A DNA stretch of 64,000 nucleotides from SAR202 cluster bacterium (GTDB taxonomy: Bacteria > Chloroflexota > Dehalococcoidia > Lucifugimonadales > Australimonadaceae). Below are positions 36,722 through 47,392 of this stretch, piece by piece. The stretch lies in contig VGZX01000006.1 in the NCBI GenBank assembly GCA_016872415.1, forward strand, positions 3,298 to 67,297, given 5' to 3'. The translations under genes and the position numbers were made by a program. Below the pieces are notes generated by a model. That model was not told where the DNA came from. It ran no database searches and saw only the letters and a program-made list of their open reading frames with translations. The first letter of the stretch is position 1, and the number at the start of each line of letters is the position of its first letter.

Positions 36722-39550
36722 CTACGCGCCGCCGTTCGGCTTCAACTGCCCCAGCGCGCTCTGCGCCGCCGCCAGCCGCGCCACCGGCACACGGAACGGC
36801 GAGCAGCTCACGTAGTTCAGCCCGAGCTGGTGGCAAAAGGCGATCGTCTTGGGGTCGCCGCCGTGCTCACCACAGATGCCGACCTCCAGGCCGGGGTTCG
36901 CCGCGCGGCCCTCTTCCGTCGCCAGCCGCATCAGGCGGCCCACGCCGGCGGTGTCGATGCTGGCGAAGGGGTTCCACGGCAGCACCTCGGCCTCCACGTA
37001 ATGCCGCAGGAACTTGCCCTCCGCGTCGTCGCGGCTGTAGGCGAAGGTCATCTGCGTCAGATCGTTCGAGCCGAACGAGAAGAACTGCGCCTCCTTCGCC
37101 AGCTCGCCCGCCGTCAGGGCGGCGCGCGGCACCTCGATCATCGTGCCGAACTTGTAGGTGAAGCCCGCGCCGCCAAGGGCCTTCGCCGCGACAGCGTCCA
37201 GCCGCGGCCGCAGCCACTTCAGCTCGTTCACGTGCGAGACAATGGGAATCATGATCTCCGGGTGAACGACGACGCCCTCCTCGTGCAACTGGCGCGCGGC
37301 CGTGATGATGGCCCGCACCTGCATCTCGTAGATCTCCGGCATCGTCAGGCCCACGCGACAGCCGCGGTGGCCCAGCATCGGGTTCGACTCTTCCAGCGCC
37401 TCCACCAGCTTCAACTGGCGCTGCGCCTCGGCCAGCGCCGTGTCGCGCTGCTTGCTCGCTCGCTGCCGCTGCAACTCGTCGATCTCACGGATGAAGTTGA
37501 GCTTGTTCGGCAGGAACTCGTGCAGCGGCGCGTCCAGCAGGCGGATGATGACCGGCAGCGACTCCATCGCCTTGAGGATGCCGTGGAAGTCCTCGGCCTG
37601 GAACTGCTCCAGCCGCTCCAGCGCCGCGTAGTAGTCCTTCACGCTCTGCGATTGCGCCAGGGCGCGCTCGGCGGCGGCCGTCTTCTGCTGCAGCGAGGCC
37701 CGCTCCGAGGCGGGCGCCTTCTCGGCACGCAGGCGAAGCGTCTCCACCTCGCGTATAACGCGCGAGGCCTCGGGCCCGGCGCTCAACAGCTTCTGGATGT
37801 GCGGCAGACGGTCCTCGGCGAAGAACATATGCTCCGTGCGGCAAAGGCCGATTCCCTCCGAGCCGTTCTGGCGGGCGCGCACCGCGTCCTCCGGCGTGTC
37901 GGCGTTTGCCCACACCTGCAGCCGGCGTTGCTCGTCGGCCCAACCCAGCAGCGTGTTCAGCTCGCCCAGGTCGTCAGCCGTCGGCTCGACGGTGCGGACC
38001 TCGCCGATGAACACCTCGCCGGTCGCGCCGTCGATGCTGATGACCTCGCCCTCTTTCACCGTCTTGCCGCGCGCGCTGGCCTTGCGCGCCTCCATGTCGA
38101 CGTGCAGCTCCTCCGTGCCGACTACGCAGGGCTTGCCGAGGCCGCGCGTGACGACCGCCGCATGGCTGGTCATGCCGCCACGGCTGGTGAGCACGCCCGC
38201 CGCGCGGATGATGCCGTGCACATCGTCCGGGCTCGTCTCCGCGCGCACCAAGATCACGTTCTTGCCGGCGTTGGCGAGCTCCACTGCCTTGTCCGGGTCC
38301 ATCGCGGCCACGCCCGACGCCGCGCCCGGCGACCCGCCGACGCCCTTGGCGATGATGCGCCCCTCGTCCGAGGCATTCGCCTTCGCCGCCGGGTCGAAGC
38401 GGGGCAGCAGCACCTGCGTCACGTCCGACGGCTGCACGCGGCCCACGGCCTCGTTGACGGTGAGCACGCCCTCGCGCACCAGATCGACGGCGATCTTCAC
38501 GGCGGCGGGCGCGGTGCGCTTGCCGGTGCGCGTCTGCAAGATGAACAGCTTGCCGCGCTCCACCGTGAACTCAATGTCCTGCACGTCGCGGTAGTGGGCT
38601 TCCAGCTTGCGCGCCGTCTCCTCGACCTGCGCGTAGATCTCGGGCATCTCGCGTTTCAGCGAGGCGATGGCGAGCGGCGTGCGCACGCCCGCGACTACGT
38701 CCTCGCCCTGGGCGTTCGGCAAGAACTCGCCATACAGCACTTTCTCGCCTGTCGCGGGGCTCCGGGTGAACAGCACGCCCGTGCCGCTGTCCTCGCCCAG
38801 GTTGCCGAACACCATCGACATGATGACACAGCCGGTGCCCATGTCGTGCGGAATACCCTGGAACTCGCGATACGTGATGGCGCGCGGATTGTTCCACGAC
38901 GAAAACACGGCCTCGATCGCCTGCCGCAGCAGCGCCCACGGGTCGTCGAAGATGGGATGCCCCGTCTCGCGCTTCACGACTTCCTTGAACGCGGCGATCA
39001 ACTCGCGCAGGGCCGCCGGCGGCAGCTGGTAGTCGTGTTGCAGGCCGCGATCGGCCTTGGCCTTCCGCAGCAGCGACTCGAACTTCTCGCGGTCCACCCC
39101 CAGCACCACGCCTGAAAACCCTTGGATCAGTCGTCGGTAGGCATCCAGGGCGGGGCGCTCATCGGCCATCAGTCGCGCCAGGCCGTCCACCGTCACGTCG
39201 GTCACTCCCATGTTCAAGATCGTGTCCATCATGCCGGGCATGGACACGGCGGCGCCGGAGCGCACGGAGAAGACGAGGGGGTTCCCGGCGTCGCCGAACC
39301 GCTTGCCGGTTTCCGCTTCCAGCTTGTGCACGTTATCGACGATCGACTCCCACAGGCCAGGCGGAAATTGCTTGCCGCCCTTCAGATACGCGCGACACGC
39401 CTCGGTGGTGATGACGAAGCCGGGGGGCACCGGAATGCCGATTCGGGCCATCTCGCTGGCGTGCGCGCCCTTCGAGCCCAGCAGCTCCACCATCTTGGCG
39501 GAGCCCTCCTCCAATCGGTACACCATCTTGCCGCCGATTGTGGTGGCCAT
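36722..39550 (-). CDS. ppdK: pyruvate, phosphate dikinase
   Basis: About 940 aa with an ATP-grasp N-terminus, a GGMTSHAAVV phosphohistidine block and a C-terminal PEP-utilising TIM barrel. ATG 39550 has GGAGG upstream. Confidence 0.95.
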   Translation of the reverse strand: MATTIGGKMVYRLEEGSAKMVELLGSKGAHASEMARIGIPVPPGFVITTEACRAYLKGGKQFPPGLWESIVDNVHKLEAETGKRFGDAGNPLVFSVRSGAAVSMPGMMDTILNMGVTDVTVDGLARLMADERPALDAYRRLIQGFSGVVLGVDREKFESLLRKAKADRGLQHDYQLPPAALRELIAAFKEVVKRETGHPIFDDPWALLRQAIEAVFSSWNNPRAITYREFQGIPHDMGTGCVIMSMVFGNLGEDSGTGVLFTRSPATGEKVLYGEFLPNAQGEDVVAGVRTPLAIASLKREMPEIYAQVEETARKLEAHYRDVQDIEFTVERGKLFILQTRTGKRTAPAAVKIAVDLVREGVLTVNEAVGRVQPSDVTQVLLPRFDPAAKANASDEGRIIAKGVGGSPGAASGVAAMDPDKAVELANAGKNVILVRAETSPDDVHGIIRAAGVLTSRGGMTSHAAVVTRGLGKPCVVGTEELHVDMEARKASARGKTVKEGEVISIDGATGEVFIGEVRTVEPTADDLGELNTLLGWADEQRRLQVWANADTPEDAVRARQNGSEGIGLCRTEHMFFAEDRLPHIQKLLSAGPEASRVIREVETLRLRAEKAPASERASLQQKTAAAERALAQSQSVKDYYAALERLEQFQAEDFHGILKAMESLPVIIRLLDAPLHEFLPNKLNFIREIDELQRQRASKQRDTALAEAQRQLKLVEALEESNPMLGHRGCRVGLTMPEIYEMQVRAIITAARQLHEEGVVVHPEIMIPIVSHVNELKWLRPRLDAVAAKALGGAGFTYKFGTMIEVPRAALTAGELAKEAQFFSFGSNDLTQMTFAYSRDDAEGKFLRHYVEAEVLPWNPFASIDTAGVGRLMRLATEEGRAANPGLEVGICGEHGGDPKTIAFCHQLGLNYVSCSPFRVPVARLAAAQSALGQLKPNGGA

Positions 39551-39664
39551 GGCTTGGAGCCTCCTACGGGCTGGGTTGTGTCCGCGGCTGCGACGGGTAT
39601 CCGGCCGCGCCGAACGACGGCCGCTGGTGCCGGCTACCACGCCGATTGTGCCGCAAGCCGAACG

Positions 39665-39692
39665 AATCGCGCCCAGGGGCGCGATTATAGCA
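39665..39692 (-). promoter_or_regulatory. extended -10 element (TGcTATAAT) overlapping a perfect 10-bp palindrome upstream of ppdK
   Basis: Minus strand reads aTGcTATAAT (TATAAT = 39689-39684). AATCGCGCCC-ag-GGGCGCGATT spans 39665-39686. Confidence 0.35.
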
Positions 39693-39741
39693 TTCCCGGT
39701 GGGACTGCTCCCCGAAGGGGTGTCACCAGACTATACCAGGG

Positions 39742-40422
39742 CTACGTGCTTTTCGTACCCCCATGATTGGTAGTCGTCGCGTATGAACCTCGGTAGTCCT
39801 TCGGTAGTAACGCGGCGATGCGTTCCATGATCTCGTTCGTGTACGAATGGAGCACCGCGCGCGGCAGCCGTCCCTCCACGTGCGGCAGCGTGAACGCCTG
39901 CCCGAACCGCACCCGCATCCGCGTCAACGGAAACGCGATGCGGATGAACCCCGGCACCCGCTCCGTACCCGTGATGCCGACCGGCACGATGGGCGCGCCC
40001 GACTTCAGTGCCAAATAGGCAAGCCCATCGCTCAGCGGCTCGCGCAGGGCGCGCGGGCTCCGCGTGCCCTCTGGAAAGATGAGCAGCGCCTTGTCCTGCC
40101 GCAAAGCCTCCAGCGCCCATGCCAGCGCATCGAGGTCCCGTCCGTCGCGGTCCACCGGAAAGGCGTGCAGGTTGCGGAGGAAATAGCGCGGCACGGCCCA
40201 CGCGAACAAGCCCCGCTTCGCCATGAACCACACCGGACGCGGGCTGGCGTGCACTATCAGCGGCGGGTCGGCGTTCGACTGGTGGTTCGCGGCGAAAATC
40301 AGCGGGCCGTGGGGCGGCACGTTCTCGCGGCCCTCCACCTCGATGTGCCCAAAGGTGGGCATCATGAGGCGGGCCAGCCCCTTGCCCACGCGATACCAAA
40401 AGTCGACCGCCAACGCTACCAC
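39742..40422 (-). CDS. plsC: 1-acyl-sn-glycerol-3-phosphate acyltransferase
   Basis: NHQSNAD (HX4D) and FPEGTRS acyltransferase motifs. The GTG start overlaps the cmk stop by 7 nt. Confidence 0.85.
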   Translation of the reverse strand: MVALAVDFWYRVGKGLARLMMPTFGHIEVEGRENVPPHGPLIFAANHQSNADPPLIVHASPRPVWFMAKRGLFAWAVPRYFLRNLHAFPVDRDGRDLDALAWALEALRQDKALLIFPEGTRSPRALREPLSDGLAYLALKSGAPIVPVGITGTERVPGFIRIAFPLTRMRVRFGQAFTLPHVEGRLPRAVLHSYTNEIMERIAALLPKDYRGSYATTTNHGGTKST

Positions 40423-41159
40423 TCCCGGGCAAGCCGCAGAATGCGCTCGACCACCTGCTCGATCGTCAACGGGTCCGTGTCGATGCGGATCGCGTCCTCG
40501 GCGGGCCGCAACGGCGACACCTCGCGCTCGCTGTCCAGCTTATCGCGCATCGCCAGGTTCTCGCGCACCGCGTCCAGCGTCTGCCGGCCGCCCTTCGCCA
40601 TCACCTCGGCGAAGCGGCGCTTCGCCCGCTCCTCCACCGACGCGACGAGAAACACCTTCATGCCCGCCGCGCGCAACACCACCGTCCCAATGTCACGGCC
40701 CACCATCACCGTCCGCCCCTCGTCCGCCATGCGCCGCTGCTGCTCCACCATCGCGTCGCGCACGCGTGCCACCTTCGACACGATCGACACCGCGCTCTCC
40801 ACCTCCGGCGTCCGCAGGTGGTCGGTCACGTCCACGCCGTTCGCCAGCACGCGCTGCGGACCGCCGCGCTCGCGCGCGGAGACGATGTCGATGTGCGTCG
40901 CCTCCGCCAGTGCGGCCAGCGCGGCCACGTCATCGTGCGGCACGCCCTTCGAGAGCGCCAGGTGCGTCACCGCGCGGTACATGGCCCCCGTGTCGACGAG
41001 GCGGTAACCCAGGCGCTCCGCCAGCGCCAGGCCTACGGTCGTCTTGCCGGAGGCCACCGGCCCATCGATGGCGATGACCGAGGGGATGGACAAGGACGAT
41101 GCTCCTCGCTCGACCGGGGATGACCGGATTCTAGCCGCGCCGCGCCGCGCTGTCGCCAT
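40416..41159 (-). CDS. cmk: (d)CMP kinase
   Basis: VIAIDGPVASGKTTVG P-loop and LVDTGAMYRAVT block. The start is uncertain (ATG 41159; the ORF extends to 41234). Confidence 0.85.
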   Translation of the reverse strand: MATARRGAARIRSSPVERGASSLSIPSVIAIDGPVASGKTTVGLALAERLGYRLVDTGAMYRAVTHLALSKGVPHDDVAALAALAEATHIDIVSARERGGPQRVLANGVDVTDHLRTPEVESAVSIVSKVARVRDAMVEQQRRMADEGRTVMVGRDIGTVVLRAAGMKVFLVASVEERAKRRFAEVMAKGGRQTLDAVRENLAMRDKLDSEREVSPLRPAEDAIRIDTDPLTIEQVVERILRLAREW

Positions 41160-41266
41160 GGCCCGGCTCGCCCCGGCGCGCCGCGCGGTGCCTGCCTGGG
41201 CGCTATGGCCGGCCGTGGACTGCCGGCCGGCCACGCGCGATTGCGTTTTGAACGATGCTTATTTGT

Positions 41267-41296
41267 TTGACGAAGGTGGGCCACTTCTGCTATATT
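41267..41296 (+). promoter_or_regulatory. candidate gyrB promoter
   Basis: TTGACG (41267-41272), an 18-nt spacer, then TGcTATATT (-10 at 41291-41296), in a locally AT-richer stretch. Confidence 0.45.
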
Positions 41297-41420
41297 AACG
41301 GAGTCGCCGCAGCACGTCACGGTGCGCTGCAGCAGCATTCGAACCCGCCCACGCCCACGCACTCTCGCCGCCTCGTCCGAGGCTCTCTCCACGCGGGCCT
41401 TTGTGGGATACCAAAAGGAG

Positions 41421-43847
41421 ATGGCAAACCGCATGGTGCAACAGCGGCAATCGCAATACACGGCCGATCAAATCCAAGTGCTGGAAGGGCTCGAGGCAGT
41501 CCGCCGGCGCCCAGGCATGTACATCGGCAGCACGGACCAGCGTGGCCTCCACCACCTCGTCTACGAGATCGTCGACAACGCGGTGGACGAGGCGATGGCG
41601 GGCTTTTGTGACCGCATCCTCATCACCATGCACAAGGATGGTGCCGTCAGCGTCGTCGACAACGGCCGCGGCATCCCGGTCGATCTGCACCCCGCGACGA
41701 AGAAGTCCGCGCTCGAAACGGTCATGACGGTGCTTCACGCCGGTGGTAAGTTCGGCGGCGGCGCCTACAAGGTCTCCGGTGGCCTGCACGGCGTCGGCGC
41801 GTCCGTCGTCAACGCCTTGTCCGAGTGGCTGCGCGTGGACGTGCGCCGCGACGGCTTCCACTACCGGCAAGAGTTCGCGCGCGGCGTCGCCAAGGCGCCC
41901 GTCGCCAAGCTCGGCCCCATGCTGCCGGGCGAGCAGCGCGGCTCCACCGTCACGTTCATGCCCGACACGCAAATGTTCGGGCCGCTTAGCTACGACCACG
42001 CCGTGCTGCTCCAGCGCTTCCGCGAGATGGCCTACCTCAACAAGGGCGTGTGGATCACCTTCGCCGTCGAGGCCGACCCCGAGGCGGAGATGACCTTCCA
42101 CTTCGAGGAGGGCATCGCCAATTTCGTCAAGCACCTCAACGCCGGCAAGGAGGTGCTGCACCCCGATCCCTTCTACACCGACAAAACCATCGACGGCACG
42201 CAGATCGAGATCGCGCTGCAATACAACGGCGGCTTCTACGAGTCCACCTTCGCCTTCGCCAACGGCATCAATACGGTCGATGGCGGCACGCACCTGGCGG
42301 GCTTCCGCGCCGGCCTCACGCGCGTCATCAACAACTATTCGCGCAAGGCGAAACTAGTCAAGGACGACACCCCCAACCTCACCGGCGACGACGTGCGCGA
42401 GGGCCTCACCGCCGTCGTCAGCGTGCGCCTGGCCGAGCCGCAGTTCGAGGGCCAGACGAAGGGTAAGCTCGGCAACGCCGAGACGCGCCCCCAAGTCGAG
42501 CAGGTGCTAGTCGAACAGCTGGAATACTGGCTGGAGGAGCACCCGAACGAGGCGCGGCGCATCATCGACAAGTGCGTCACCGCCCAGCGCGCCCGCGAGG
42601 CCGCCCGCAAGGCCCGCGACCTCGTCATCCGCAAGAACGCCATGGAGGGCGGCTCTCTCCCCGGCAAGCTGGCCGACTGCTCGGAGCGCTCGCCCGAGCT
42701 CTGCGAGATCTACGTCGTCGAGGGCGAGTCCGCCGGCGGCTCCGCCAAGATGGGCCGCGACCGCCGCACCCAGGCCATCCTCCCGCTCAAGGGCAAGATC
42801 CTGAACGTGGAGAAGGCCCGCGCCGACCGCATGCTGGCCCACGAGGAAATCCGCGCGCTCATCACCGCCATCGGCGCGGGCCTCGGCGAGGACTTCAACC
42901 TCGCGAAGCTCCGCTATCACAAGGTCATCATCATGACCGACGCCGACGTCGACGGCGCGCACATCCGCACGCTGCTGCTCACCTTCTTCTTCCGCAACAT
43001 GCGGCAGCTCATCGACAACGGCTACCTCTACATCGCCCAGCCCCCGCTGTACCGCGTCGCGCGCGGCCGCAACATCGAATACAAATACCAGGAGCGCGAC
43101 AAGGACGAATGGCTGGCGACCCAGCTGTTCGGCCGCATGTCCATCCATGGCGAAGGCTCGAAGGACAAGGCCCTGCTCTCCGGTCGCCGCATCCAGGACC
43201 TCATTCGCCGCCTGCGGGAGTTTCAGTCCTGGGCCGGCAGCCTGGAGCCGCTGGGCGTGCAGCCCGCGTTGGTCGGCCCGCTGTTCAAGGGCGCCCTGCA
43301 AGGCCGCTACCGCCTCGAATACAACGACGACACCGTGCGGGCCCTCGCCGAGTGGCTCCGCGAGGAGGGCTTCACCGTCCTGCCCGACACCGACCCGAAG
43401 ACGAAGCAGCCGATTCTCCACAAGCTGCGCGTCGAGGGCGCGGGCTCGCTGGACGTGAAGCAGATCATAGAATCGCCCGCGGCGGCGCGCTCGCTGTCCC
43501 TGTTTCCGCAGGTCGCCGACTGGGTGAACGGCAAGACGTTCGCGGTGCAGCGCCGCGACAACGTGGTGGCGGAGGGCGTGCAATGGCACGAGCTGGCCGG
43601 CGTGCTGGAACGCCACTCCGAACGCGGCGGCGTCTCGCTCCAGCGCTACAAGGGTCTCGGCGAGATGAACCCGGAGCAGCTCTGGGAGACGACGATGAAC
43701 CCCGCGACTCGCACGCTGCTGCGCGTGGACGTGACCGACGCCGCCGACGCCGACAAGGCGTTCAGCCAGCTCATGGGCGACGAAGTCGGCCCCCGCAAGG
43801 AGTGGATCCAGGCCAACGCCGTGAAGGTGAAGAACCTGGACGTGTAG
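41421..43847 (+). CDS. gyrB: DNA gyrase subunit B (long form, about 160-aa Toprim insertion)
   Basis: [24 protein letters not shown], the GHKL ATPase, [21 protein letters not shown] and [10 protein letters not shown] blocks. AAAGGAG SD before ATG 41421. Confidence 0.95.
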   Translation: MANRMVQQRQSQYTADQIQVLEGLEAVRRRPGMYIGSTDQRGLHHLVYEIVDNAVDEAMAGFCDRILITMHKDGAVSVVDNGRGIPVDLHPATKKSALETVMTVLHAGGKFGGGAYKVSGGLHGVGASVVNALSEWLRVDVRRDGFHYRQEFARGVAKAPVAKLGPMLPGEQRGSTVTFMPDTQMFGPLSYDHAVLLQRFREMAYLNKGVWITFAVEADPEAEMTFHFEEGIANFVKHLNAGKEVLHPDPFYTDKTIDGTQIEIALQYNGGFYESTFAFANGINTVDGGTHLAGFRAGLTRVINNYSRKAKLVKDDTPNLTGDDVREGLTAVVSVRLAEPQFEGQTKGKLGNAETRPQVEQVLVEQLEYWLEEHPNEARRIIDKCVTAQRAREAARKARDLVIRKNAMEGGSLPGKLADCSERSPELCEIYVVEGESAGGSAKMGRDRRTQAILPLKGKILNVEKARADRMLAHEEIRALITAIGAGLGEDFNLAKLRYHKVIIMTDADVDGAHIRTLLLTFFFRNMRQLIDNGYLYIAQPPLYRVARGRNIEYKYQERDKDEWLATQLFGRMSIHGEGSKDKALLSGRRIQDLIRRLREFQSWAGSLEPLGVQPALVGPLFKGALQGRYRLEYNDDTVRALAEWLREEGFTVLPDTDPKTKQPILHKLRVEGAGSLDVKQIIESPAAARSLSLFPQVADWVNGKTFAVQRRDNVVAEGVQWHELAGVLERHSERGGVSLQRYKGLGEMNPEQLWETTMNPATRTLLRVDVTDAADADKAFSQLMGDEVGPRKEWIQANAVKVKNLDV

Positions 43848-43873
43848 TCCGCGACCTCGCTTTTCGCGCAACG

Positions 43874-43908
43874 AAGGGGCCTGAAGAACGTCCAGGCCCC
43901 TTTCTCGT
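43874..43908 (+). terminator. terminator after gyrB (bidirectional position)
   Basis: AAGGGGCCTG / CAGGCCCCTT 10-bp stem with a 9-nt loop, then tttctcgtat. Confidence 0.6.
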
Positions 43909-43959
43909 ATCGACTTCCGGTGCGCGTCGCCGCGGCCTGGCGGCGACGGGAACGCTCGG

Positions 43960-44751
43960 TCATCTTCCAGCCTGCCGCTCCTCCTGCCGCCACCACTCGC
44001 TGAACTCGGCCACCGTCTCGAAGCCCCGCTTGCGGTAGAACTCCAGCGGGCCGTCCTCGGCCACCGTCAGCGCGATCGCGTGGGCGCCCGCCGCCCGGCA
44101 CTCCCTCGCGCAATGCGCCAGCAGCGCCGACGCCACGCCACGGTTGCGGTGCGCGGGCGCCGTGCAGAGCCATTCGATCACGCCGACGCCATTCGCCGCG
44201 ACCCACGCATTGCAGTAGCCGATTGGCGTGTCGCCCGCGTGCGCGAGCCATGCCCCGCCAGGCGGGCACTTGGCGCGCAGATACCGCCAGAACTGTCCGC
44301 CCAATTCCGCGTCGCGCGGCTCCGGCGCCAGCCCATCGTCGGCGGCGACGTCGGCCTCCACGAACGGGCGCATCGCGGCCCAGTCGGCCGGGCTCGCGAC
44401 GCGGCGCATCCGGGGTCGCGCACCCACCTGCTCCGGCGGCCGTTCGGCGAGCATCAGCGTGGCGCGCGATGCCCTGAACCCCGCGCTTGCCAGCGCCTCG
44501 GTGAACGCGCGTGACGTCCGCTTGTCAGTGTCGAAGCGCAGGTGCGGCGCGTGACCGAAAGCCCGGGCGGCCGCCCGCAGCAACCTCGCCGGGTCCGCGT
44601 CCGTGGGAATGTCGGTCACGTGGTTGGCATCGTAAACCCGGGGCCAGTCGCGGCCGACGATGAACGTCGCGCCTCCGTCCTCCAGGCGTTCGTTGCCCAA
44701 CGCCAGCCAATCGCGATAGGCCCGCAGCGCCGCGCTCGCACGGGCGTCCAC
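43960..44751 (-). CDS. GNAT family N-acetyltransferase
   Basis: C-terminal acetyl-CoA-binding core ([11 protein letters not shown]…EFYRKRGF). GTG start. Confidence 0.75.
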   Translation of the reverse strand: MDARASAALRAYRDWLALGNERLEDGGATFIVGRDWPRVYDANHVTDIPTDADPARLLRAAARAFGHAPHLRFDTDKRTSRAFTEALASAGFRASRATLMLAERPPEQVGARPRMRRVASPADWAAMRPFVEADVAADDGLAPEPRDAELGGQFWRYLRAKCPPGGAWLAHAGDTPIGYCNAWVAANGVGVIEWLCTAPAHRNRGVASALLAHCARECRAAGAHAIALTVAEDGPLEFYRKRGFETVAEFSEWWRQEERQAGR

Positions 44752-44753
44752 CG

Positions 44754-45347
44754 CTAGCCCGCTGGCCGGATGTTGCCCTGCTCGTCGGCCTCGAGGATCG
44801 TGTGGAAGACGTAGCCGTCCGCTCGCAGCCTGTCGCTCCCGCCCTGGTGCCGATCGACGATGCTCGCGACGAGCACCACCTTGCAGCCGATTGCCTCCGC
44901 CGCGCGGATCGCGTGGTACAGCGACCCGGCGGTCGAGCAGGCGTCATCGACGATGGCGACACGCTGGCCGTCGCCCACCGCATGGCCTTCGATGATCTTG
45001 CCGGTGCCGTGCTCCTTGCTCTCCTTCCGCACGATGAACGCCGGCAGCTCGCGCCCGCCGTCCTGGTGGGAACGCATCGCGATCGCCGTCACCATCGGGT
45101 CGGCGCCGAGCGTCGGCCCGCCGACCGCCTCGGCCCCCGCCGCGCGGACCGCCGGCAGCAGCGCCTTGGCGACGAGGTCCGCTCCTTTCGGCGAGAGCGT
45201 CAGCATGCGTCCGTCGAAGTAGTAGCTGCTCACCTGCCCGGACGAGAGCCGGAACTGCCCGAACAGCAGCGCGCCTTGCGCCTTCGCCGTCTCCAAGATG
45301 TCACGGGCGAGCTCGCCGGGAATCGCCGGCAACCGGGTTGTCGTCAT
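44754..45347 (-). CDS. pyrE: orotate phosphoribosyltransferase
   Basis: FGQFRLSSGQVSSYYFD and the PRPP-binding VAIVDDACSTAGS block. GGAGAGGAG SD. Confidence 0.9.
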   Translation of the reverse strand: MTTTRLPAIPGELARDILETAKAQGALLFGQFRLSSGQVSSYYFDGRMLTLSPKGADLVAKALLPAVRAAGAEAVGGPTLGADPMVTAIAMRSHQDGGRELPAFIVRKESKEHGTGKIIEGHAVGDGQRVAIVDDACSTAGSLYHAIRAAEAIGCKVVLVASIVDRHQGGSDRLRADGYVFHTILEADEQGNIRPAG

Positions 45348-45377
45348 ATGCGGGGCTCCTCTCCATCAGCGGGTTTC

Positions 45378-46004
45378 TCAGCCTCTGGCGCGCGTCGGCT
45401 GCGTTTGCCGGTAAAGGCCGTGGGCGGCGATGTAATCGGCCACGGCATCGGGCACGAGGTAGCGCACCGGCTCGCCGACGCCGACGCGGCGCCGCAGCTC
45501 GGTCCCGCTGATCTCGATGAGCGGCATCCGCAGCGTCATGATGCGTTCCCACGCGTGCGGGTCGATCTTCAGCAACTCCGTCAGGTCGATCTTGCCGTGG
45601 CCCGGACGCAGCGCCACCACCAGCAGCGCCAGCTCGAGCACGCGCGCCGGATTGCGCCAGCGGTGCATGGAGTGCAACGTGTCCACGCCCATGATGAACA
45701 GGATCTCGCCATCGGCCATCGGCCCGGAGCGCAGCTCCTCCAGCGTGTCCACCGTGTAGGTCTCGCCGGGCCGGTCCAGCTCCAGCGTCGATAGGTGGAA
45801 CTTCGGATTGCTCTCGATCGCCAGTTCCACCATCGCCCGCCGGTGCTCGCGGTCCGTCAGCGCCTCGCCCTTCTTCATCCACGGCAGGCCGGCGGGCATG
45901 AACCAGATCCCATCCAGCCCAAGGCGCCACTGCACCTCCTGCGCCAGAATCAGGTGCCCGGTGTGGATCGGGTCGAACGTGCCGCCCAGCACGCCGCGTC
46001 GCAT
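45378..46004 (-). CDS. nadD: nicotinate-nucleotide adenylyltransferase
   Basis: GVLGGTFDPIHTGHL (H/TxGH) N-terminus. Start at ATG 46004, immediately downstream of obg. Confidence 0.9.
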   Translation of the reverse strand: MRRGVLGGTFDPIHTGHLILAQEVQWRLGLDGIWFMPAGLPWMKKGEALTDREHRRAMVELAIESNPKFHLSTLELDRPGETYTVDTLEELRSGPMADGEILFIMGVDTLHSMHRWRNPARVLELALLVVALRPGHGKIDLTELLKIDPHAWERIMTLRMPLIEISGTELRRRVGVGEPVRYLVPDAVADYIAAHGLYRQTQPTRARG

Positions 46005-46006
46005 GG

Positions 46007-47284
46007 CTATGACCACTCCAATTCGATAGGGCCGATGCGGACCGTGTCGCCCCGCTCGACGCCGGCCGACTTCAACGCCCGCAGCACGCCCAAGCGGTCC
46101 AGTTCGCGGTGCAGTTGCATCCGCGCCTGCCACAGGTTCAGGTTCGCCACGCCGGTGAGGCGCTCGGCCGGCTTGCAATGCACCACGAACACGTCCTTGT
46201 CGCGCGTGATCTCCACCCTTGGCCGGCGGCGCGGCTCCGGGCGCGCCGTCTCGTCGGTGGGTGTCGTCAGCACCGGCTGCGGTGCCGGCTGCTCCACCGG
46301 CACCAACGCGGCGATGGCATCCAGCAACGCATCCAGCCCTTCGTGCGTCGCCGCCGAGATCGCCAGCGGCTCGGTCTTCGAGCACCGCTTCAACGCCGCC
46401 TGCTGCGCCTTGAAACGCTCCCGCGCCTCTGGAATGTCCATCTTGTTGACGGCCACCACCCGCGGCTTTTCCACCAGACCGCCGGGGTACTCTCCTAGTT
46501 CATGCTCGATTCGCTGGTACGCCGCGCCAAGATCCTCCTCGAGACCGTCGATCAGGTGGACGATCGCACGCACGCGTTCGACGTGCCGGAGGAACTCCAG
46601 GCCGAGGCCCTTGCCCACGTGCGCGCCCTCGATCAGTCCAGGCACATCCAGCAACACGATGGCACGGTTGTGTCGCTGCGCCACCCCGAGGTTCGGCTCC
46701 AGCGTCGTGAACGGGTAATCGGCGATCTTCGGCTGCGCGCGCGTCACCGCCGCCAGCAGCGTCGACTTGCCCGCGTTCGGCGCGCCGACGATTGCCACGT
46801 CGGCCAGCAGCTTCACCTCCAGCAGCAACGTCCGCTCCTCGCCTCGCTCGGCCGACTCCGCCAGCATCGGTGTCTGGTTCGTTGGTGTTGCGAAGTGGAC
46901 GTTCCCAAGGCCCCCCTTCCCACCCCGCGCCGCCACCATGGCCGACCCATCGGCCACCAAGTCCGCCAGCAGTTGCTTGCGGCCTCCGTCCGTGACGTCC
47001 CAGACGACCGTGCCAACCGGCACCTCGACGAGACGGTCGTCCGCGCTCTTGCCCGTCATCTCGTTTCGGCGGCCGTCCTCACCATCGTCGGCGACGATCC
47101 TCATGATGCGCGTCAGGTGCGCCAGCGTCCGCAGTGAAGCCCTCGCGACGACGATTACGTCGCCGCCATCGCCACCGTCGCCACCGTCCGGGCCGCCATG
47201 GGGGCGGAACGCCTCGCGGTGGAGATGCGCGGAACCATCTCCACCTTTGCCGCCGGCGACCGCCAACGTTTTCGTGTCGAGCAT
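46007..47284 (-). CDS. obg: GTPase ObgE/CgtA
   Basis: Gly-rich Obg fold (GGKGGDGS…GGPDGGDGGDGG), the G domain (GAPNAGKST) and a C-terminal OCT domain. Confidence 0.95.
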   Translation of the reverse strand: MLDTKTLAVAGGKGGDGSAHLHREAFRPHGGPDGGDGGDGGDVIVVARASLRTLAHLTRIMRIVADDGEDGRRNEMTGKSADDRLVEVPVGTVVWDVTDGGRKQLLADLVADGSAMVAARGGKGGLGNVHFATPTNQTPMLAESAERGEERTLLLEVKLLADVAIVGAPNAGKSTLLAAVTRAQPKIADYPFTTLEPNLGVAQRHNRAIVLLDVPGLIEGAHVGKGLGLEFLRHVERVRAIVHLIDGLEEDLGAAYQRIEHELGEYPGGLVEKPRVVAVNKMDIPEARERFKAQQAALKRCSKTEPLAISAATHEGLDALLDAIAALVPVEQPAPQPVLTTPTDETARPEPRRRPRVEITRDKDVFVVHCKPAERLTGVANLNLWQARMQLHRELDRLGVLRALKSAGVERGDTVRIGPIELEWS

Positions 47285-47392
47285 TGCCTTCTCGGTTCCC
47301 TGTCTCCATCTCTCGTTCGGTAGTCTTCGTGCAGGAAATGAGGCCCTCTAAACAATAACAGACGGGAGGCCATCGTTGAGTTGCTGGTGTTG

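Noticed and set aside
36704-39115. 803-aa plus-strand ORF antisense to ppdK. Similar long shadow ORFs: 1765-2994 (antisense to eno), 6334-9822 (alternate frame of the giant membrane gene), 27425-28945 (antisense to the Rieske gene), 30876-32666 (antisense to gltB), 42507-43871 (antisense to gyrB), 56477-58363 and 61892-63775.
   Set aside because: Their Arg/Ala/Gly/Pro/His-rich, low-complexity translations are typical of stop-codon-poor non-coding frames in high-GC DNA. In every case the opposite or other frame encodes a recognisable conserved protein with high GC3.
40223-41077. 284-aa Pro/Ala/Arg-rich plus-strand ORF overlapping cmk.
   Set aside because: It is a shadow frame of the cmk gene, with an extreme PARS composition and no motifs.
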